From an uncultured Nitrososphaerota archaeon (GTDB taxonomy: Archaea; Korarchaeota; Korarchaeia; Korarchaeales; Korarchaeaceae): DNA of 32,000 nt. Below, one piece after another: positions 8,819-17,733 of this stretch. Position 1 is the first letter of the stretch. The number at the start of each line of letters is the position of its first letter. Below the pieces are notes generated by a model that was not told the origin of the DNA, did not search any database, and worked only from the letters and a program-made list of their open reading frames with translations. The stretch covers positions 105,953 to 137,952 of the forward strand of contig CAYZRF010000002.1 of the NCBI GenBank assembly GCA_964480775.1, given 5' to 3'. Made by a program: the position numbers and the translations under genes.

Positions 8819-11008
8819 TTGCTTGTGGCTCTTATTCCTGTATATGTATTTTGGCTCTTTAAATTGGGGATATATCTCATATTTCCTGCACTTTACATTT
8901 CAACAGTTTATTCTTCGTTTGCCAGAAGAGAGAACAGAGCCATAGGTATGTCAGAACGGTTCAGAGAAGTAGGAATGGATCTAAATAGACTGGTTAGATC
9001 AACACTCAAACCCGTTTCTATAATGGTGAAGCTAACAGAGAAGCTATTAGAGGAAATTCCCTCATTGATCTTCCTTTCCCTTGCCTTAGGATTCGTTACT
9101 CCCATTGCAACGACTTTCTATCTAAAGAACCGTAAAAAATCCCTTCTTAGAGACATTACATTCTTAGGGGCTCTTACGGCAGGATACGCTTGGGGAATCC
9201 TGTGGTTTATAAGGATAGGATGGCTACTATCGTTTCTATTTCTACCATTTGCCGCTTCCTTTTCATCATACAAAAGACGAACGCCACAGATTTTATTCAA
9301 AGAAGTAATTCCAGTGGTAATTAGGCCATCATTCCCCTATTCAAAGGTTGTCCATGTGCTAATACTTATCCACTCAATTTTACTCTCTTACCTATGGCTA
9401 AGGGACTCCTCTATAGTAAATCCAGATAACGCATATCATGTGTTAATAGCAAAAACACTTGCAGAAAAAGGCTTCTTCTTATGGGATTCCATAGAGTTCG
9501 CACCATCAGGTAGACCACATCTATATCCACCTCTGTTTCATGCATTGGTGGCAATATTAGGCAAGGCACTAGGAGGAGACTCATGGTCTTTTATCTTCGC
9601 CAATGATTTAGTCTCAGTTGGAATTTACTCCCTTGGTCTTTACGTGTCATGGTATGTGGGGAGAAAGCTCTATCAGGAAATGGGGGGCTTCATGGTATTT
9701 ACAATTACCTCGGGCTTGTTAATGCCTGCTCTTTCAATGGCGATAGGTCTTCCATCAGCGCTTGTCTTTATATTCACTCCTCTCGCTACTATTTGGTTTT
9801 TAGAAGGCAGATTGTTGCCCTCTTTCATTTCATGCGTGGCTTCTTTTTATAGCCACACATCCGGGATCGTTATAACTCCTATTGCGCTTGTGTTAGCAGG
9901 AATACTTGCTAAGAAATTTAGCCAATCCCTCAAAATCATAGCTTTATCCCTTCTCGTTTACTTTCCATGGCTCATAAGAATGTTGATATTTATAGAGTGG
10001 TTTAAGATTCCTGAAGCAGACATACCAGCCGAAATAGAGTTTGCTCTCCTGATTCCAGCCCTATTTGGATTATTTTTAGCACTAAGGCATCCAAGAAAGC
10101 ACGCTCTTCAACTAGGATATATAGCATCCTTATTACCAGTTCTCATATCTTATCCGGGAAGAGCAAGTATTCAGGGATGTTTCTCCCTCGCCCTGTTGGC
10201 AACTCTCTTTTTTACGAAAATCTTTCAAAGAATGCCAAAGAAGCACCTGAAAAAAGCTCTTACAGTATTTTTCTTATTCTTCTATGTATTTCCACTAGGT
10301 CCGTCAACTATAGTGCTGGAATCCATTATGTTGTTTGAGAAGAGCCCCCTTGGAGGAGAAATTTCTTGGAATACGGCAGAGAAGATAGGAAACTTACTTC
10401 AACTTCATGTTAATGCAAACGAAATAGTCCACTTTCAACAACCCTATTTGGGTTGCGCCGTCGCAACTTTTGTTCCCATAAGAATAGATGGTGGTGCATG
10501 GGGTGAAGTGGCCCCTGAGGATACAGGCGGAAGAATAGGTGAAAATATCAATACGTTGGTGATAAAACAGCTAATTCCAACTCAACAAGATGAGATAGAA
10601 CCCATATTTCAAGTCTTAGGATCTATTGACTCGTTTTTAGTGATAAAATTGAATCAGGAAGCCGTAAATAATTCTGTACTAAGTGATCTGATGTCCAAGA
10701 TATCGATGCATGCCAACAAAACCTATAACCTTATAACTATAAATAGAACAAAAGCCGCAGCTCATCTTTCATCGCTTGAACTTCTATTTATTGCTCTTTC
10801 TCTATTCTACAAGGATAAAGATCCCAAACTTTATCTAAAAATCCAAGAGTTAGCTCAGTTTTCTGGCATGCTTTCTACCCTATTAACGGAAGATTGGGCA
10901 AAAAATCTTTTAACAGACGAGCAAATACAAGAAATAAAAAGCTACCTAAAGATAGTTGTAGGTTTAGCTCAAATCGGTGACTTTTCGCCCTTGTTAGAAG
11001 AGAGTTGA
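8819..11008 (+). CDS. Large polytopic membrane protein, GT-C (ArnT/PMT/AglB-like) glycosyltransferase-fold candidate with a C-terminal soluble domain
   Basis: 729 aa with a TTG start and more than 12 hydrophobic segments. The first-loop-like motif NPDNAYHVLIAKTLAEKGFFLWDS...GRPHLYPPLFHAL resembles GT-C families. No WWDYG motif is present, so it is not a canonical AglB. Confidence 0.4.
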   Translation: MLVALIPVYVFWLFKLGIYLIFPALYISTVYSSFARRENRAIGMSERFREVGMDLNRLVRSTLKPVSIMVKLTEKLLEEIPSLIFLSLALGFVTPIATTFYLKNRKKSLLRDITFLGALTAGYAWGILWFIRIGWLLSFLFLPFAASFSSYKRRTPQILFKEVIPVVIRPSFPYSKVVHVLILIHSILLSYLWLRDSSIVNPDNAYHVLIAKTLAEKGFFLWDSIEFAPSGRPHLYPPLFHALVAILGKALGGDSWSFIFANDLVSVGIYSLGLYVSWYVGRKLYQEMGGFMVFTITSGLLMPALSMAIGLPSALVFIFTPLATIWFLEGRLLPSFISCVASFYSHTSGIVITPIALVLAGILAKKFSQSLKIIALSLLVYFPWLIRMLIFIEWFKIPEADIPAEIEFALLIPALFGLFLALRHPRKHALQLGYIASLLPVLISYPGRASIQGCFSLALLATLFFTKIFQRMPKKHLKKALTVFFLFFYVFPLGPSTIVLESIMLFEKSPLGGEISWNTAEKIGNLLQLHVNANEIVHFQQPYLGCAVATFVPIRIDGGAWGEVAPEDTGGRIGENINTLVIKQLIPTQQDEIEPIFQVLGSIDSFLVIKLNQEAVNNSVLSDLMSKISMHANKTYNLITINRTKAAAHLSSLELLFIALSLFYKDKDPKLYLKIQELAQFSGMLSTLLTEDWAKNLLTDEQIQEIKSYLKIVVGLAQIGDFSPLLEES

Positions 11009-11035
11009 TTGACAGAAAGAAACTTCGTAATTTTT

Positions 11036-11323
11036 CTACATGAAATCTACGCCTTTAGCGGTTAAGATGCCCGTCAAGATAAAAATGCCCGCAATTAGAT
11101 ATCTTAGATATTTTTCTGGCAATAAAAGAGCTAGTCCTCTTCCAAAAACGACAGAAAATACTGAAGCAACGGCTAGACCAATTATGGTCGCCAGATAAAC
11201 TAGTATGGGCTTTGGTATTTTAGCAGAAAAACACACCGCGCATAGTTGGGTCTTATCAGCCATTTCCATTAGAAAAACAGTTCCTATCATCGTTAGGAAC
11301 TCTTTAATTGTAGATTTAGGCAC
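11036..11323 (-). CDS. UPF0016 (GDT1/TMEM165) family cation transporter, single half-size unit
   Basis: 95 aa with three TM helices and the family motif E-x-[GA]-D-K-T-Q (MEMADKTQL). The start could be the GTG at 11323 or the internal ATG (MIGTVF). Confidence 0.6.
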   Translation of the reverse strand: MPKSTIKEFLTMIGTVFLMEMADKTQLCAVCFSAKIPKPILVYLATIIGLAVASVFSVVFGRGLALLLPEKYLRYLIAGIFILTGILTAKGVDFM

Positions 11324-11390
11324 TTACTTCCACCCGTCACGTTTCTTATGACTTCCTCTTAAAAGCCTTATGAATGAAAAAAGGAGCAAG

Positions 11391-12392
11391 CTATTTTCCT
11401 TCTTTTCCTACTCTGTGAATCCTCCTTAATGCTATCATATAGGTGATGAATCCAAAAACAAGCTGATTGGCAAATATCACTACATCAGCCATAATTAGAG
11501 TAATAGCAAAGGCTAGTTCACTTGATATCCCAAAAGCCTTTAAGATCTCGACGGAAATCCACTCTCTAAAGCCAACGTTACCAGGAATACCAAAACTGAG
11601 TCTAAGCATGATTATATTTAATGAATAAATGAGTGCTCCTAGCATAAATGGGATATCTATCCCCAAAGCATGAAAAAGTACGAATATTGGTAAAATATCG
11701 AAAAACCAGCTACCAAAAGATAAGACAAGCGCAGTCGCCATGAGCTTTTTATTTCTCTTTAGTAGCCTAAAACCCTCTATATACTGTTCAGTCATGCGTT
11801 TTTCTCTTGTAAGGTCTCTTTTAGAGAGTTTACCTATGAAATTTATGATGCTTATCAACACTTTCTCGTTTGTACTCACATAGAATGCAAAAATAATCAA
11901 AAAAGCAGTCACAGCAGTCATCGAAACAGCCTTAATCCCAGCACTACTCAATTCAAGTCCTGATATAAAGAGGTAAATCATTCCTAAGAAAACGCTCAAC
12001 ATGAACGGAAATAGCATCGTTATCCTGTGTAGAGCAACAGATAATGCTGCTTTTGGGACATCTACCCCCCTTTTATTTGCCACATAAATCCTGAAAGTAT
12101 CCATTGATAGAAGCCCAGCAGGTATGACATAGTGAATGAAAACGCCAGCCCACGTAGAAAGATATACATCAAAAAAGCTTATTCCTCCTTCCAGAAACAT
12201 GAACCAAGCAAGCGAATAAAGAATATAACCAATATGCACTAATAACAAAGAGAGGGCTACTGGAATAATGCCTATTTCTATAAGAGCAGCCTTCACTTGA
12301 TTTAGGTCCATTTTAGACGCTAAAACAATGAAAACAAGCAGGCCGATGAAGCCAAAAATTGCTGTGATAAGTTTGGGTTTAATCTCTCTCAC
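11391..12392 (-). CDS. UPF0104 / lysyl-PG-synthase-TM-like (flippase-like domain) membrane protein
   Basis: 333 aa with about 8 TM helices and a cytoplasmic loop KRDLTREKRMTEQYIEGFRLLKRNKK. The overall layout is typical of this family. It lies 12 nt downstream of pfkB. Confidence 0.4.
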   Translation of the reverse strand: MREIKPKLITAIFGFIGLLVFIVLASKMDLNQVKAALIEIGIIPVALSLLLVHIGYILYSLAWFMFLEGGISFFDVYLSTWAGVFIHYVIPAGLLSMDTFRIYVANKRGVDVPKAALSVALHRITMLFPFMLSVFLGMIYLFISGLELSSAGIKAVSMTAVTAFLIIFAFYVSTNEKVLISIINFIGKLSKRDLTREKRMTEQYIEGFRLLKRNKKLMATALVLSFGSWFFDILPIFVLFHALGIDIPFMLGALIYSLNIIMLRLSFGIPGNVGFREWISVEILKAFGISSELAFAITLIMADVVIFANQLVFGFITYMIALRRIHRVGKEGK

Positions 12393-12404
12393 ATATTCTC
12401 CCTC

Positions 12405-13313
12405 CTATGTGCCGTAGAAAGTCGATGCCATAACCAAAACCTCATTCCAGGTTGGAATTCCTGATGTTGTACCAGGTCTACTAATTTTGAGGGCCGATGC
12501 AGAGTTGGCTAGCTTTAGGGATTCTTCAACCCCATAATTCCTAGCTCTAGCAACTAAGTAAGTAGCATCAAATACATCACCAGCGCCCGTAGTATCAACA
12601 ACAAGTGGAGAGAGGGCAGGAACTTCATATAACGCTCCTTCAACAAGAGCAACCGACCCCTTATCTCCAAGTTTGACTATGACTTCCGTAGGACCAAGTT
12701 TTGATAAGAATCTCATTGCTTCTATGATTTCTTCTTTTCCTGATAGTATCTTAGCTTCTTCTTTGTTAATCAAAATTCTCTTAACTGACCCAAACATTGG
12801 TTTAAGTTTGTTTAAACCAAGGCGTACTACTTTTATTCCTGGATCCCATGATAAATCGTCTCTAATCTTTGCAACAGCGAGAGCATTCTTTATTTCTAAA
12901 GATGCCACATGGACAAAATCTGCCCCTGATATTGCTGTGCTCCACTTTTGAATGATCTTTGAATCCATCCTAGCGTTAGCACCAGAGACAGAGATCATTC
13001 TCCTTTGTTTTCCAATCTCATTTATAACGACAACCATGCCTGTACTAGTCCCTTTGACTGTCTCAACATGACTAACATCAACACCAAGCCTTTGGAGTTT
13101 ATCTATGAAAAATTTCCCTAATAGGTCGTCTCCAACCATTGCAAGGAGTCCGGCTTCTTCTCCCAGCTTTGTCACACATATCGCAAAGTTCGATGCTGCA
13201 CCACCAGTTCCAACCATACTAGTTTGCACTTTGACATCGCTATCTGGGGCAGGCAACTTTGGTACAAACAACGTAATGTCAATGTTCGCATGTCCTACAG
13301 AGATGAACTTCAA
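12405..13313 (-). CDS. PfkB/ribokinase-family sugar or nucleoside kinase
   Basis: An N-terminal GGAASN-type motif (GTGGAASNFA) and a C-terminal anion-hole motif (DTTGAGDVFDATY) are present. It is 302 aa with a TTG start, 10 nt after the udp stop. Confidence 0.8.
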   Translation of the reverse strand: MKFISVGHANIDITLFVPKLPAPDSDVKVQTSMVGTGGAASNFAICVTKLGEEAGLLAMVGDDLLGKFFIDKLQRLGVDVSHVETVKGTSTGMVVVINEIGKQRRMISVSGANARMDSKIIQKWSTAISGADFVHVASLEIKNALAVAKIRDDLSWDPGIKVVRLGLNKLKPMFGSVKRILINKEEAKILSGKEEIIEAMRFLSKLGPTEVIVKLGDKGSVALVEGALYEVPALSPLVVDTTGAGDVFDATYLVARARNYGVEESLKLANSASALKISRPGTTSGIPTWNEVLVMASTFYGT

Positions 13314-13323
13314 GGTATCACCC

Positions 13324-14151
13324 TTACAACAATGATGGATAGAAATATCTTTTATTCTTCAGTTTTTTAGCCTCATCCCACTCAGCAAGGATGTGAACAG
13401 CCTCATTCGCTACTTTTATAGCCTCTTTCTCTCCTTTAATGCCAAATTCATTTCTCACTCTGTCCGCGTACACAGCGCATATAGCTCCAGCTCTCCTATC
13501 AAAGAGGCTGGCCAGGGTAAAAACGGTAGACGCTTCCATTTCAAAGTTAATAACTCTGGCTTTCTGCAAATCCGGAATTAGACTGTCCATCCAACTTTGC
13601 CAATAACCGCCACAACCTCTTCTTCCTTGACCCACATAGAAACTATCTGTTGAAGCAGTTATTCCGACATGGTACCTATATCCAAAAGATTCTGCTGCTT
13701 CTATTAAGGCCATAATAACTTCATAACTCGCAAGAGCAGGATATTCAGGAATTATGTATTGCTTACTTGTTCCATCCAACCTCACGGCTCCTATCGAAAT
13801 GATTAGATCTCCTACCCTTGCTCCTGGCAAAATCGATCCAGTACTTCCAACCCTGATGAACGTGTCTGCACCTAGCCTAGATAACTCTTCTACAGCAATT
13901 CCAGCGGCAGGCCCGCCTATTCCCGTGGAACAAGTCATTAAATCCACTCCTTTGTACTTTCCAACATATATTACATACTCTCTATGGCCAGCGACGAACC
14001 ACTTTTCATCCCACTCTTCTGCAATCTTTTCAGCTCTTTCAGGATCTCCGGGAAGTAAGACATATTTCCTGATGTCTTTTGGACTTGCTCTAATATGATA
14101 TTGAACTCCCCCCTCTAGTTCTGGTTCTTCAGCACTTTTGAATTTCTTCAA
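13324..14151 (-). CDS. udp: Nucleoside phosphorylase, PNP/UDP family 1 (uridine phosphorylase-like)
   Basis: LLPGDPERAEKIA, STGIGGPAA and INFEMEAST are typical of Udp/DeoD. The ORF is open to 14190. However, the TTG at 14151 overlaps the tmk stop as TTGA and has GGAGG 7 nt upstream, so it is the more likely start. Confidence 0.8.
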   Translation of the reverse strand: MKKFKSAEEPELEGGVQYHIRASPKDIRKYVLLPGDPERAEKIAEEWDEKWFVAGHREYVIYVGKYKGVDLMTCSTGIGGPAAGIAVEELSRLGADTFIRVGSTGSILPGARVGDLIISIGAVRLDGTSKQYIIPEYPALASYEVIMALIEAAESFGYRYHVGITASTDSFYVGQGRRGCGGYWQSWMDSLIPDLQKARVINFEMEASTVFTLASLFDRRAGAICAVYADRVRNEFGIKGEKEAIKVANEAVHILAEWDEAKKLKNKRYFYPSLL

Positions 14152-14765
14152 GCGAATGCCTCCTGTAGTTTTGGTTCTACAACTTTCCAAATAAGATTAG
14201 CTACCTGATCGATAGATCCCCTTCCATCGACTATCTCAACCCATGGAAACTCTTCTGCTATTTTCAAGTAGTTTTGTCTGATTAGCTCAGCATCTCCCTT
14301 TCTTTCAAATATTTCTCTTCGATTTCCCCTTTTTTCTATTCTTTCTCTAGCGATAGACTCATCTACATCTATTAGAATGCATATGTCTGGGTGTGGGGCG
14401 CAAGAATTCACTTCTTTGACCCAAGAAACAGGTAAGAAAAGTCCCTGATATGCTAACGAAGATAACACGTATCTATCTGAGATGACTACACGTCCCTCCA
14501 ATAGAGCCGGTAGAATCTCAGAAGAGAAATGATGAGCCCTGTCGGCAGCAAATAGGAGAGCAAGCATACAGGGCTCATGTTCGAGTTCGCCACTTAGTAC
14601 CCTCCGAATAATTCGTCCAATCGGTCCAGATGTGGGCTCTTTAGTTACTAGAACCTCTTTGCCGAGAGATCTAATTCTATCGGCCAAGATCATGGTTTGG
14701 GTTGTAAGCCCAGCCCCATCTATTCCTTCTATACTTACAAATAGACCCCGCCATTCTTTCTTCAT
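14148..14765 (-). CDS. tmk: Thymidylate (dTMP) kinase
   Basis: P-loop FVSIEGIDGAGLTTQ, DRY motif (SDRYVLSSLAYQ), 205 aa. Confidence 0.85.
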   Translation of the reverse strand: MKKEWRGLFVSIEGIDGAGLTTQTMILADRIRSLGKEVLVTKEPTSGPIGRIIRRVLSGELEHEPCMLALLFAADRAHHFSSEILPALLEGRVVISDRYVLSSLAYQGLFLPVSWVKEVNSCAPHPDICILIDVDESIARERIEKRGNRREIFERKGDAELIRQNYLKIAEEFPWVEIVDGRGSIDQVANLIWKVVEPKLQEAFA

Positions 14766-14786
14766 ATCACACCCACAGAGCGGGGC

Positions 14787-14803
14787 AACATAATAATTTT
14801 GAA
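14787..14803. promoter_or_regulatory. Shared AT-rich TATA-like element of the divergent tmk / prs promoters
   Basis: AACATAATAATTTTGAA is the only AT-rich block in the 64-bp spacer. Its centre lies about 30 nt from the tmk ATG (14765) and about 35 nt from the prs TTG (14830). Confidence 0.35.
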
Positions 14804-14829
14804 TCTTAGTTAGGTGAATTAAGCGGTGC

Positions 14830-15744
14830 TTGAATGTGATACTAGTTGGGCCAGCAGACGAATTTAACAGGAGTATAGCGTCAAAAATGGGTATTCCCCT
14901 AGTAGATATGCAGAGAAGGGTTTTTCCTGATGGAGAGTTGTGCCCTAGAATTAAGATAGAGAAAGAAGATCAACTCAAAGGAGAAGAGGTGATTCTCTCA
15001 CTAAGAATGCCTTCAAAGAGCTGTAATCCTAACTCCTATCTTATAGAGGTTATCCTGACGATAAGGAACTTAAGAGAACATGTGGGAGCTTCTAGTATTC
15101 AAGTTGTAATGCCTTACTTCCCATATGCTCGACAAGACAATATCTTCAGACCAGGAGAGCCACTAAGTGCAAAATACGTTGCAAATTTACTCGAAGAAGC
15201 TGGAGCTGAGAGGGTATATGCTGTGACAGTTCATTTACACAGAGTAGGTTCTTTCCCAGGTCTGTTTCAAAGGGCTCAAGGTGTAAATATTTCCGGTTTT
15301 CCATCCCTTGCAGCCGCCCTGAAACAAATGGATTTGATCGACCCATACATCATAGCTCCTGATGAGGAAGCAGTTGTATGGGCTAAGGAAGTAGCTGAGC
15401 ATTTAGGGACGAAGGATTACACTGCGTTCATTAAGGAGAGAGATGTGGAAACTGGAGAAATTAAAACTACTATAAAAGAGATAAACGTAAAGAATAGAGA
15501 CGCTGTAGTCGTAGATGACATTGTTTCAACGGGAGGGACAATGGCAAATGCCGTAGAGGCTGTAAGGAAAATGGGAGCTAGGAAGGTTTACTCAGCCTTT
15601 GTTCACCCAGTTCTTGTGGGAAACGCTCTAGATAGAATAATAGGTGCAGGGGCTAACGAAATTATAGCTGCAGATACGTTAATATGGGAAGGTTCTAAGG
15701 CAAGCGTTGTTGATCAGATAGTGGAGGAGATTAAAGGAAAATGA
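14830..15744 (+). CDS. prs: Ribose-phosphate pyrophosphokinase (PRPP synthase)
   Basis: RVFPDGE near the N-terminus, PYFPYARQD, and the PRPP-binding loop VVVDDIVSTGGTM. TTG start. Confidence 0.85.
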   Translation: MNVILVGPADEFNRSIASKMGIPLVDMQRRVFPDGELCPRIKIEKEDQLKGEEVILSLRMPSKSCNPNSYLIEVILTIRNLREHVGASSIQVVMPYFPYARQDNIFRPGEPLSAKYVANLLEEAGAERVYAVTVHLHRVGSFPGLFQRAQGVNISGFPSLAAALKQMDLIDPYIIAPDEEAVVWAKEVAEHLGTKDYTAFIKERDVETGEIKTTIKEINVKNRDAVVVDDIVSTGGTMANAVEAVRKMGARKVYSAFVHPVLVGNALDRIIGAGANEIIAADTLIWEGSKASVVDQIVEEIKGK

Positions 15745-16190
15745 AGAAGGTGCCCCTAGGGATTTCTGCCATAAACTCTATTCTATTAACAATTTCAGCT
15801 ATTTTACTTGCAACAGGATTGTCTGGAGTTCTAAATCTACCAGATTCCCCTTTGAACCCGATCTTAAGGATATTAGGTGTAAATATTGAGCTTCCTAAGC
15901 CAGCCACGCTTGGTGGGGCCGTCTCCATCATAGCTTCGATTATAATATTTGTTGCGGTATTAGGATTGGGTAGAGGCAAAAAATGGGCATTTTTCACAAC
16001 AATATCTCTATTCACAATATCTTCAGTCTTTGAGGCACCAGCCGCTCTTTCTGGCTCTACTTTTTCGATTCTAATAGTTTTGGGATCCCTTGTATGTTTG
16101 ACATACCTTGTGGTTTCACCTAAGGTAAGGGATTTCCTAGAAGAAGAGAAGCCAAGCGAGGAAGATTTTACCTTAGAGATGACATTCTAA
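15741..16190 (+). CDS. Small integral membrane protein (4 predicted TM helices, acidic C-tail)
   Basis: 149 aa. Its ATG overlaps the prs stop (ATGA). Hydrophobic segments alternate with short loops, and the C-terminus is EEEKPSEEDFTLEMTF. Confidence 0.55.
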   Translation: MKKVPLGISAINSILLTISAILLATGLSGVLNLPDSPLNPILRILGVNIELPKPATLGGAVSIIASIIIFVAVLGLGRGKKWAFFTTISLFTISSVFEAPAALSGSTFSILIVLGSLVCLTYLVVSPKVRDFLEEEKPSEEDFTLEMTF

Positions 16191-16824
16191 ACTCAATGTT
16201 CCAAGGAAGCTCTATTCTTGAGATGTTGTTATCCTTAGGATCAAATTCTATAAGATACGAATTAAATGAGTGAAGCGGCACTATTGGTACTCCGTTATAT
16301 ATCCCTGCTCCTCCAGGAATCCAGCAGATCAACATCGGAACTAGGCTTGTTCTACCCGGAGTTAGTACAAACTTCTCAAGGCTGGGAAGGGCTTGAGAAA
16401 AAGCCTCTGTTCTTTCCTTTTGTAGTAGCGCAGCCTCTAGGAGAGAGGATCTTCTTAAATGCGACCATCTTTTACAGTCGATTGAGAGCATAATATCATT
16501 AAGCTTGGCCAAAAGATCAATCTCACATCGTTTTCCTTTGAAAGAGAATCTAAAATGCTTATATGTAAAGAAGCCATGACTTTTTAGGATCTCTTCGCAT
16601 AAAGACTCGAAACCTCTCCAATCCAGAAGTTGAGCAGTTCTCTCTACAGAAACACCTATCTTTACCAAGGAAATTGCTGCTTTTACACGAAAAAGCTGGT
16701 TATCTTTTATGGCCCCCTCTTCTCTTAAATAATCTATTAACTCTGGATGGATTGAATCTAGTTTTCCAGCGGCTAACATGCCAAATTGTGCAATAGCCAC
16801 TAACTTTAGTTCATCCTTCTTCAA
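16168..16824 (-). CDS. PD-(D/E)xK nuclease-fold protein (Hjc/Mrr-like core) with an N-terminal helical/HTH-like region
   Basis: WRGFESLCEEILKSHGF...GKRCEIDLLAKLNDIMLSIDCKRW gives the E...D...(D/E)xK arrangement (E73, D103, D116-x-K118). It starts 9 nt after the upstream permease stop. Confidence 0.5.
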   Translation of the reverse strand: MKKDELKLVAIAQFGMLAAGKLDSIHPELIDYLREEGAIKDNQLFRVKAAISLVKIGVSVERTAQLLDWRGFESLCEEILKSHGFFTYKHFRFSFKGKRCEIDLLAKLNDIMLSIDCKRWSHLRRSSLLEAALLQKERTEAFSQALPSLEKFVLTPGRTSLVPMLICWIPGGAGIYNGVPIVPLHSFNSYLIEFDPKDNNISRIELPWNIEFRMSSLR

Positions 16825-16833
16825 TAGCTTCGA

Positions 16834-17733
16834 TCACACCCTCTTATAAGGTCTTCCAACAGCTGCTGGAGGTCTTGCCTTAGCAAGAAAGCCCATTGAT
16901 ATTAGCAGGGTGGTAACATATGGGACTGAATAAAGCACTTGATCAGCTATTATGCCACTCGGTATTGAAAGGGAGAAGGCGTAGCAGAATCCAAAGATAA
17001 GTCCGCCTCCAAGCGCCACTATCGGATTCCACCTTGAGAAAACAACTAAAGCCAGGGCTATGAATCCTCTCCCGGCACTAATATTCTTAGTGTAGCCTCC
17101 AAGCCAATCTAACGCTAAGAAAATACCAGCCATTGCTGTTAGCACAGATCCAATTGTTGTAGCAATGACTCTGATCTTATAAACGTCTATCCCAGCTGCT
17201 TCTGCTGCAACAGGGTTCTCCCCTGCGGCTTTAAGCCTTAGTCCCCACCTAGTTTTTTCCAATATAAACCAAGAAAGTAAAGCAAGAACGATTGTAAGAA
17301 TCACGAAAGGACTAAAACCACTTATGCTAGGAATTCTTGCCTCTCTAGGAAGTTGAGGGCTTGTCGCAAAACTACCCCAAGTAAGATAAAGTACTACTTC
17401 CCCTATTCCTAATGCAAACATATTCAAACCAACCCCGTCTATTATTTGATCGCCTGCTAGGTAAACAGCTATTAAGGCGTGCAAAAGCCCTATGATTAAA
17501 CCAACAAAAAGTCCTGCGCCTATGGCAAACCACAGATTTACGGTCTTGTGACCTACATATGTAGAGAATAGGGCTCCCAAAAGTATAATGCCTTCAAGTC
17601 CTATGTTAACTACCCCTGCTCTCTCTGAAATTACCTCTCCCAAAGCTCCTAAGACTATGGGAACCATCAGTCTGAGCATTCCAGCATAAAATGTTGGATA
17701 CAACAGAAAGGATAAGATCTTAAGCCATGGCAA
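16834..17733 (-). CDS. ABC transporter permease (BMP/nucleoside-type, second permease)
   Basis: 299 aa and polytopic, in the same family as the preceding permease. It overlaps the upstream permease by 14 nt. Confidence 0.8.
   Translation of the reverse strand: MPWLKILSFLLYPTFYAGMLRLMVPIVLGALGEVISERAGVVNIGLEGIILLGALFSTYVGHKTVNLWFAIGAGLFVGLIIGLLHALIAVYLAGDQIIDGVGLNMFALGIGEVVLYLTWGSFATSPQLPREARIPSISGFSPFVILTIVLALLSWFILEKTRWGLRLKAAGENPVAAEAAGIDVYKIRVIATTIGSVLTAMAGIFLALDWLGGYTKNISAGRGFIALALVVFSRWNPIVALGGGLIFGFCYAFSLSIPSGIIADQVLYSVPYVTTLLISMGFLAKARPPAAVGRPYKRV

Noticed and set aside
11324-11390. Possibility of a Mn2+ (yybP-ykoY-type) riboswitch upstream of the UPF0016 gene.
   Set aside because: The spacer is only 67 nt and AT-rich, with no conserved riboswitch helices. 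That riboswitch class is bacterial.
14532-14578. Perfect 11-bp inverted repeat ATGAGCCCTGT-N25-ACAGGGCTCAT inside tmk.
   Set aside because: A rough estimate gives a few tenths of an expected chance 11-bp dyad with a spacer under 40 nt in 32 kb. It lies wholly in coding sequence (EPC...DRAH) with no associated signal, so it is noted only as a possible intragenic hairpin.
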